In this document: piece after piece, positions 39,585 to 45,420 of the stretch
Numbering within the stretch: position 1 is the first letter of the stretch
Layout: each line of letters starts with the position of its first letter
Virus record (IMG/VR): IMGVR_UViG_3300005976_000001
Span: 1-59,662 of that record
Reading direction: 5' to 3' (one strand)
Length of the DNA: 59,662 nt
Origin: a virus
Lineage: Duplodnaviria; Caudoviricetes
Translations under genes and position numbers: made by a program
Notes under the pieces: generated by a model
The model's database searches: none
Told to the model about the DNA's origin: nothing
What the model saw: only the letters and a program-made list of their open reading frames with translations

Positions 39585-40143
39585 GTAAAAACTAAAATGT
39601 AGTTTAGTTATAGTTACTTACCCTACTTTTGACCATTTTGTTTGTGGTATTTAAGCCACAACCTGGCCCAGATGTTAACAACTAACAGGTTTAGTCGGTG
39701 TTGGTTGGAATCTACAGTATCAAACGTAATAAAAGGAAACTAAAGTTCACTGGCCAACTTCTAGTTTAATTCTAGTACCTATATAATCAACTAGTTATAA
39801 CCCCCCCGGGACACATATGGCCCAGATATAATTGGAGAGAAAAACTAGTTAAATTCTAATATAGTCAATACTTTAAGTCAGGGTGGGCCAGATGGACCAC
39901 ATAAATCAGTAAACTTTTATAATATCTGTACGATAAGTTATAATTATAACAAAATTAAAAAAAAGAGAGAAAAATAGATAAAGAGAAAAAGAGAGAAAAT
40001 TTTTAAAAAGTTTTTGGAAAAATTTTTAGAGTTTTAAATCTAAAAATATCTTACAAGCTGTTTGAAAATCGGCCTAAAATGAAGGTAGAGATTTAGGGTT
40101 AAATTCTTACTTTTCGGTGACGGGCGGCGGCGGCGAGAGAATT

Positions 40144-40341
40144 TTAGAAAGATGTTATAAAGTAGAGAGCCAGGAAGAAGAATAGAGGGGTGAGGAGAGA
40201 TGAGAGGATGAAGGCTATTTTATGGCGGTGTGAGTAGTAGAGGATTGTTAGCTTTGAGGGTTGCTGGATGGCTTGAGCGTAGAGATTTGGGTTTATAGGC
40301 TCTCTGAGGTAGGGAATTTGTTTTTTGTCTATCTGGTGCAT
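40144..40341 (-). CDS. Possible small membrane protein
   Basis: C-terminal hydrophobic helix; lies beyond the early terminator and could be spurious in this purine-biased region. Confidence 0.3.
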   Translation of the reverse strand: MHQIDKKQIPYLREPINPNLYAQAIQQPSKLTILYYSHRHKIAFILSSLLTPLFFFLALYFITSF

Positions 40342-40435
40342 TGTGGGCCTTATAACCTTAAAGGGTGTATTTGATTATACGGCACGATATCCGGGGGACT
40401 TTAGGTTTGCAGATTAAATTAGGAAAAAAGAGTAT

Positions 40436-40478
40436 AAAAAAAGGCTCCAGGCATATCTAGATAGATATACCCGGAGCC
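40436..40478 (-). terminator. Rho-independent terminator ending the early operon
   Basis: Minus strand GGCTCCGGGTATATCT-loop-AGATATGCCTGGAGCC followed by T7. Confidence 0.85.
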
Positions 40479-40523
40479 CCAAACAACGAACAAAAGACAG
40501 ATATAGGTTAGTATATCATAAAT

Positions 40524-41153
40524 TTAAAGGCTGGTACTATAACCATTAGCATCAAAATAGTTTAAAATGTTTGCTACGTTATCGTTCTCCCAGAAAAGAT
40601 CACGGATATGGTCGTGTAAATCCTCTACCAGGTAATATTCATCCATCTGGGATATTTCGGTTAACCCCTCTTCTGTCATCCAGTAGTATTCAAGTAAGGT
40701 TCCTACTTGATTATGGTCCCACCTACTTATTGGGGTAGTCATCCAGGCTGATAGTGAATTAGGGTATCTAGAGATAAACCCACTATATGAGGTAAATTTC
40801 TCTGCTATAAGTTTATCGAGACCAGACAAATCAACAGCTAGTAGCATTCTGCTAACTGATTGAGCCGGAATAGAGCAGAAGACTCTATCGGTTTCAAAGT
40901 TGTATTCACGGGGTGAAACTACTTCACTAAATTCTAGCTCTAATTCTAGTAATGCTTCTAAAGATTCTACGTATAACCGTGCATACTCGGTATGGATTTT
41001 CTTCCAGTCAACTAAGTTGTGTACTTGTTCTAGTAGCTCTGGATTTATTTCTCCGGAGTCATCAGAGCATTCTAGTTCTAGTCTACTTTCTATCTCTGAG
41101 CTATGGATTGAATCATAGAATCCGCTAAATGGAATGGTTGTTTGTTGTTTCAT
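40524..41153 (-). CDS. Acidic early hypothetical protein
   Basis: IPFSGFYDS, SPREYNFETDR; AAGGA RBS just downstream of a repeat element. Confidence 0.7.
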   Translation of the reverse strand: MKQQTTIPFSGFYDSIHSSEIESRLELECSDDSGEINPELLEQVHNLVDWKKIHTEYARLYVESLEALLELELEFSEVVSPREYNFETDRVFCSIPAQSVSRMLLAVDLSGLDKLIAEKFTSYSGFISRYPNSLSAWMTTPISRWDHNQVGTLLEYYWMTEEGLTEISQMDEYYLVEDLHDHIRDLFWENDNVANILNYFDANGYSTSL

Positions 41154-41178
41154 AGTTTTCCTTATTGATGTTTGTTGC

Positions 41179-41228
41179 TTGGATTAAAATAATCCTCAAT
41201 CCGGGCTTGCAACCCGGATCAAGCATTA
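41179..41228 (-). repeat. Early-operon intergenic hairpin element copy A
   Basis: Minus strand TAATGCTTGATCCGGGTTGCAAGCCCGGATTGAGGATTATTTTAATCCAA; the first TAA is the stop of the upstream gene. Confidence 0.9.
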
Positions 41229-41666
41229 TTTTAGTTGGCCGCGTTCGTTATATAACCACTCGTTGGCCTCTGATACTTCTAAAAAGTATTCTGCTGAACA
41301 AATATATTCGTATTCTCGTTCTAGTGAGATTCTAATTGTTTCGTTACAGTCGTTTAATACCTCGTTTAATGCATCAAACACTGTGATCATGAGTTTGGAG
41401 ACTCTCGGTGATTGTTTAGAGTCGTAGTATAAGATGGAAGTAACTTCTAATCCTGGGCATCTATGCCTATAAGATTCTATGCTAAAAATCTTTATCGGAT
41501 CAGGTTCATCAGCTAACATTTTAGCAACCCGGCAAAGACTTCTAATGTGCTCAAAGTCATTAAATCCTGATGACAAGTAATCGTGATGTTCTTGCTCGAA
41601 TGCATTTCCAGGCAACTCTTGAAGTTCTTTAGCAGAGTAGAGACTGATTGTTTTTGTTTGGACCAT
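41226..41666 (-). CDS. Acidic early hypothetical protein
   Basis: YS..EL...EREYEY..S.EYF.E..EANEW.Y...G; GAGG RBS. Confidence 0.7.
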   Translation of the reverse strand: MVQTKTISLYSAKELQELPGNAFEQEHHDYLSSGFNDFEHIRSLCRVAKMLADEPDPIKIFSIESYRHRCPGLEVTSILYYDSKQSPRVSKLMITVFDALNEVLNDCNETIRISLEREYEYICSAEYFLEVSEANEWLYNERGQLK

Positions 41667-41714
41667 AGTTCTACCTCTTAGTTTGTTGTTTGTTTTAGTT
41701 AACTAGTGCATTAA

Positions 41715-41876
41715 TTATTTAAAGTAAGGAAGGGTTAAGTTTGTTGTTTTCATTTTCTCGGTGTCATAGTTATATGCCGCTATTGTGAAGGCTATCACTC
41801 CAACAGAGATAATTGAGATTAAAACAAAGAGCGCAATGGGTAGCACCGGTTTTAGTTTTTTATTTAATTTGTTCAT
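41715..41876 (-). CDS. Small single-TM early protein
   Basis: Start ATG 41876 (MNKLNKK) after AAGGA; hydrophobic segment VLPIALFVLISIISVGVIAFTIAAY. Confidence 0.6.
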   Translation of the reverse strand: MNKLNKKLKPVLPIALFVLISIISVGVIAFTIAAYNYDTEKMKTTNLTLPYFK

Positions 41877-41900
41877 TTTGTGGTTTTCCTTGTTGTTTGT

Positions 41901-41950
41901 TTGGACTAAAATAATCCTAAATCCGGGCTTGCAACCCGGATCAAGCATTA
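41901..41950 (-). repeat. Early-operon intergenic hairpin element copy B
   Basis: Minus strand TAATGCTTGATCCGGGTTGCAAGCCCGGATTTAGGATTATTTTAGTCCAA, just after the ardA stop; two differences from copy A. Confidence 0.9.
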
Positions 41951-41952
41951 TT

Positions 41953-42429
41953 TTAATGGGAAAAAATATAGACCTGATTTTCATGCTCGATTACCTCGTA
42001 ATCGTGTTCTAGGTCCCTAGCGAATGCTTTATAGTCAAAGTACGGTTGTATACTTTCCGGAAGCTCAAAACATTCATCGGCAATCTCTGCTGCATACTCC
42101 TCGAACGAATTACAAGTAGTTATGTATCTATCTAAGATGTCTTGAATTTCACCGTCTTCTGATGACCAGTAAGCCAGTACAGCTTCTTGCTCGTAGTCTT
42201 CAAGCTCTAGGACTTCCCAGATTTTTGCATCAATATAGGACTCTGAATAGAGAGTGTCTGGGATGTCTTCTTTATCCTGAAACATCAACTCCGGATCATC
42301 TTCATCTTTATGCAATTCTCTGCAAGCTTCCAGGAACTCATCTTTATTCGAGTAGTTTTCTAGGTCTAGCCAATCTCCAAATAGTGATCCCTCGTTGTAT
42401 TTTTTATATGTGCCTATGTATAACTTCAT
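41953..42429 (-). CDS. ardA: ArdA antirestriction protein (type I RM DNA mimic)
   Basis: IGTYKKYNEGSLFGDWLDL, E.MFQD.E.IP, PYFDYKAFARDL; very acidic. Confidence 0.9.
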   Translation of the reverse strand: MKLYIGTYKKYNEGSLFGDWLDLENYSNKDEFLEACRELHKDEDDPELMFQDKEDIPDTLYSESYIDAKIWEVLELEDYEQEAVLAYWSSEDGEIQDILDRYITTCNSFEEYAAEIADECFELPESIQPYFDYKAFARDLEHDYEVIEHENQVYIFSH

Positions 42430-42454
42430 GGTTTTTCCTCGTTGTTTAGTTTGA

Positions 42455-42673
42455 TTAGTTTTTTCTAACGATAAAGTGGCTGCTGTTTGGTCGCTCGCTT
42501 GGTTTGTACGAATGACAGTTAGCAGTTGTAGATTTTAATTCTACTTCTGAAACATGGACTATACTTGACTCAATCTCTTTTATTATTTTTTCGGCAAATT
42601 CTATCGCTCGGTCGATTGAGAAACATATAGTTCTATATGTCTTCTTGTTATGCTGTACGCTAATTAAATACAT
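42455..42673 (-). CDS. Small early hypothetical protein
   Basis: 72 aa; AGAGG RBS downstream of a repeat element. Confidence 0.6.
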   Translation of the reverse strand: MYLISVQHNKKTYRTICFSIDRAIEFAEKIIKEIESSIVHVSEVELKSTTANCHSYKPSERPNSSHFIVRKN

Positions 42674-42695
42674 ATTTACCTCTTTTGTTGTTTGT

Positions 42696-42757
42696 TTGGA
42701 TTAAAATAATCCTCAATCCAGGTAGGTTTGCTACTTTGCTACCCGGATCAAGCATCA
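42696..42757 (-). repeat. Early-operon intergenic hairpin element copy C (longer stem and loop)
   Basis: Minus strand TGATGCTTGATCCGGGTAGCAAAGTAGCAAACCTACCTGGATTGAGGATTATTTTAATCCAA; the first TGA is the upstream stop. Confidence 0.9.
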
Positions 42758-42994
42758 TTCTACCTCTTCTACCCATTCATCCGGTATATCAATCAGAAGT
42801 GGGCATCCTGTTTTAGATTCTCTTTCCGGAATCTCCAGGCAGAGTGTATCGGTATCGGCTCTATCTTTGCTGTTGAATTCTGAAGCTAAGATGTCAGCTA
42901 GCTTGTCTAAGTTTACGTACTCTGAAGGTGTGTTTACGTTGTTTAAATACTCTGTTGCTAGCTCTTTTTTGTCTTGTTTTGTTAGTACTTTCAT
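42755..42994 (-). CDS. Small acidic early hypothetical protein
   Basis: 79 aa, EIP..ESKTG.P; AGGAG RBS within the 81-bp repeat. Confidence 0.65.
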   Translation of the reverse strand: MKVLTKQDKKELATEYLNNVNTPSEYVNLDKLADILASEFNSKDRADTDTLCLEIPERESKTGCPLLIDIPDEWVEEVE

Positions 42995-42996
42995 TG

Positions 42997-43077
42997 TGTT
43001 TGCTCCTGTTTTTCGTCATTAGATCAAAGTGATCCTCAATTCACTCAGTTAAGAGAGGATCAAGCATTACTTTATCC
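42997..43077 (-). repeat. 81-bp direct repeat copy 1 containing hairpin element copy D and RBS
   Basis: Identical to 43590-43670. Confidence 0.92.
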
Positions 43078-43303
43078 AATATTTATTCACTGCTTGGCGT
43101 TTGATCTCTGAGAGTATTTGCTGAGTTTGATTTTCAACATCATAGTGATCTGCGAGTTGGAGTGCTTTGCACTTGATTTGATTGCGACTAAAGTTATCAA
43201 TTGCTCTGTCAAGTAAAGAGTCTAGACCGATTAAGTCAAAATATTGCTTGTTCAATTTCGCTTGTAAGGTCATTTCGTTCTCCGTGTTGTTCTCCCTGGC
43301 CAT
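43067..43303 (-). CDS. Small early hypothetical protein
   Basis: 78 aa; its stop TAA begins the hairpin element. Confidence 0.55.
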   Translation of the reverse strand: MARENNTENEMTLQAKLNKQYFDLIGLDSLLDRAIDNFSRNQIKCKALQLADHYDVENQTQQILSEIKRQAVNKYWIK

Positions 43304-43338
43304 ATCTCAAGCCGGGTTTCTTGCTATAGACCTCAGTA

Positions 43339-43590
43339 TTACTCTTTTTCAATCCAGTTTTCGCTATCTACATCATAAACGACTTCGATCAAGTCCTGCT
43401 GTGACTCCCAGCTAGAAGCTACATCTATGGCTCCCGTATTCTGATTCATGTAAACAGTGTCGGCAGACACTAAAAGATTAGCGGGATCTGATACGAATTC
43501 TAGAGCTTCTTCTTTTGAGTTGACGCCAAAAATTGGAAAAAGTTTGTCCGCTATTTTTTCATAATATCCGTTTTGTTGTGTTTCCATCAT
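43339..43590 (-). CDS. Small acidic early hypothetical protein
   Basis: 83 aa, YMNQNTGAID...W...LIEV.....W; AGGAG RBS in the repeat. Confidence 0.65.
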   Translation of the reverse strand: MMETQQNGYYEKIADKLFPIFGVNSKEEALEFVSDPANLLVSADTVYMNQNTGAIDVASSWESQQDLIEVVYDVDSENWIEKE

Positions 43591-43670
43591 GTTTGCTCCT
43601 GTTTTTCGTCATTAGATCAAAGTGATCCTCAATTCACTCAGTTAAGAGAGGATCAAGCATTACTTTATCC
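43590..43670 (-). repeat. 81-bp direct repeat copy 2 containing hairpin element copy E and RBS
   Basis: Identical to 42997-43077. Confidence 0.92.
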
Positions 43671-43856
43671 GATCAACCATTTTTGATTCTCGTAGTCGTA
43701 AAACACGTTGTTAGGAGCTGGTATGTTCATCTCTTGCACGATACTAGCAAGTGCAATCCTTTCTTCTTGCGTCATTCTTTTGAGAAATGCGTTTAGTTCG
43801 TTTTGAGCAGAGGGACCTTTGTTCAGTATTTCGAGTGCTTTATCTATATTGTTCAT
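43665..43856 (-). CDS. First gene of the early operon, hypothetical protein
   Basis: Start ATG 43856 (MNNIDK) after CAGGAGCAAACACA, the same RBS context as in the 81-bp repeat. Confidence 0.6.
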   Translation of the reverse strand: MNNIDKALEILNKGPSAQNELNAFLKRMTQEERIALASIVQEMNIPAPNNVFYDYENQKWLIG

Positions 43857-43918
43857 TGTGTTTGCTCCTGTTGTTGTTGTTACTTTGCTACTTGGATCAA
43901 GCAAGTTCTCTATCTTTG

Positions 43919-43947
43919 ATTATGTTTGAATATTCGTATCGTGTCAA
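43919..43947 (-). promoter_or_regulatory. Strong sigma70 early promoter
   Basis: Minus strand TTGACA-N17-CATAAT with an A/T-rich upstream element. Confidence 0.75.
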
Positions 43948-44401
43948 ATAAAACTTTAGACTTTTTCATGATAAAAGATCAGAAAACGCTATTGATCTGA
44001 TTTTTCTATATTTTTTCTTTCAATTTGTTTGACTACTTCGGTTTGCCTCTCTCAATCTACTAAACAAACCCCAATTCCTAGATCGCTAGAATTCTGATTC
44101 TCGTGATCTAGATTTGAAATGCTCTTAGATTGCTGCTCAGGATGAGCTCTAAAAAAATTTGAGGCTATCCAATTTAATTATCGTAACATAGTACATCTTG
44201 ACTAGTGTTCAGTGATATCAAGTACTTAGATGATTGATTGATTATTCTAGAATGAGTGGTCAGATTAGAGATAACTAACCGGAATTATTAGAAAAAAGGA
44301 ATCCATTAAATCGAGGAGACAGGCCGGAAAAAATCGAAGATGCCCCCCGGTATTCGCCTCCATATGTACATACGTTCTAGATTTTCTCGTCAAACACGTA
44401 G

Positions 44402-44582
44402 TCATCTTATTTGTTTGATTACCCCGGCTAGCCTGGTAGTCTCTCCGGTTAGCCGGGCCGGGCAGTAGTCTCTCCGGTTAGCCGGGCCGGGCAGTAGTCT
44501 CTCCGGTTAGCCGGGCCGAGTAGTAGCCAAGTAGTCTCTACGGCTAGCCGGGTAGTAGGCTAGTAATCATCTTATTTGTTTG
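44402..44582. repeat. 29-bp GC-rich tandem repeat (about 3 copies plus a degenerate one) flanked by TCATCTTATTTGTTTG direct repeats
   Basis: GTAGTCTCTCCGGTTAGCCGGGCCGGGCA at 44436 and 44465, near-complete copy at 44494, degenerate copy at 44531; flanks at 44402 and 44567. Confidence 0.85.
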
Positions 44583-44620
44583 GTTGCTCCGGGTCGAAAA
44601 GTAGGCTACTATCCCCAGAC

Positions 44621-44700
44621 GGCAGTGTGGATGCTTATAGGGTAGTAAGTTACCCGAACTTTATTAACATAAAGCTAAGCGGCCAAGCAGCCATACTGCC
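44621..44700 (+). ncRNA. Candidate structured RNA (three-way junction)
   Basis: GGCAGTGTGG/CCATACTGCC plus TGCTT/AAGCA close two hairpins, GGGTAG-TAAG-TTACCC and CTTTAT-TAAC-ATAAAG. Confidence 0.4.
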
Positions 44701-44702
44701 CC

Positions 44703-44732
44703 TTGAGCTAATACACCTTCCCGAAGTATAAT
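44703..44732 (+). promoter_or_regulatory. Sigma70-like promoter, likely leaderless, for 44739
   Basis: TTGAGC-N18-TATAAT, then AAACCT and ATG; no SD. Confidence 0.55.
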
Positions 44733-44738
44733 AAACCT

Positions 44739-45134
44739 ATGTCAATAGAGAGAGGATTCGATGAGCTAGATGAAGAGCTAGATACTGATGAGGACACCGA
44801 GCCACGCGAAGAGGATGACGGTGACTTAGCCGTGTCTATTATGGATAAGGCATCCGGTACTCTACGTAATGTCTCTCCACCTAAAGTAACACTAAAGTAT
44901 GTTGACGGTACGAGCACAGAAGTAGAAGTAGTTGATGCGGATGCTCAGACTTCGTTTCTAGTTCTACACATGCTACACCAGGCATGGTCTCAGGTAGGAA
45001 CTATAAAAGGAGTGTGCGACCTGGCCGGGTCAACCATGAAGACACTAGAGACAAGAAGAAAGTTATTAAATAAACAGTATGGTGCGATACCTTCCGAATC
45101 AGGAAACAGCAAAAAAGTATTCTCTCTCGATTGA
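44739..45134 (+). CDS. Hypothetical protein, terminase small subunit candidate
   Basis: 131 aa with a helical C-terminus, next to TerL and the repeat region; assigned by position only. Confidence 0.35.
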   Translation: MSIERGFDELDEELDTDEDTEPREEDDGDLAVSIMDKASGTLRNVSPPKVTLKYVDGTSTEVEVVDADAQTSFLVLHMLHQAWSQVGTIKGVCDLAGSTMKTLETRRKLLNKQYGAIPSESGNSKKVFSLD

Positions 45135-45420
45135 GTATGCTTTAAAGAACACTCCTGGATTTAGACCTCTACCACTTGAAGAGTTCATATCTACAGAATC
45201 TATTTCTCTGGCATGCTTTTACTCAGAAGAGGAAGTCTTTGATTGGATAGCAGATGATGATAAGTGCTTTGGACTGCTACTCCAGAATGGAATGTGCCTT
45301 GTCCACCCGGATGGCTTAATTGAAAAGATAAGAGATAAGTTCATGAGAACTATAAAACTGGATATGGAAGCAGTAAAGAAGCATATCACTCCGGCCCGAA
45401 TAACCGTTTCATCCCTTTAA
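45079..45420 (+). CDS. Hypothetical protein
   Basis: ORF between 44739 and the TerL 3' end; convergent overlap with TerL; exact start uncertain. Confidence 0.5.
   Translation: MVRYLPNQETAKKYSLSIEYALKNTPGFRPLPLEEFISTESISLACFYSEEEVFDWIADDDKCFGLLLQNGMCLVHPDGLIEKIRDKFMRTIKLDMEAVKKHITPARITVSSL

Noticed and set aside
41877-41984. Track N-terminal extensions of 41715-41984, 43665-43904 and 54394-55431
   Set aside because: The extensions run through repeat elements or a terminator; better downstream ATGs exist (41876 and 43856 with clear RBS, 54448 just past the terminator).
41179-43662. Early elements as CRISPR repeats or classical integron attC sites
   Set aside because: The intervals are whole genes of 260-750 bp; there are no RYYYAAC/GTTRRRY cores and no tyrosine recombinase. 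Kept as a distinct element in the findings.
44436-44552. 29-bp repeats as a CRISPR array
   Set aside because: The copies are head-to-tail with no unique spacers, and there is no cas operon.
44621-44700. Known self-cleaving ribozyme (hammerhead, pistol) or tRNA
   Set aside because: There is no CUGANGA/GAAA core and no T-loop or CCA; CUAAGCG alone, without a visible pistol pseudoknot, is insufficient.
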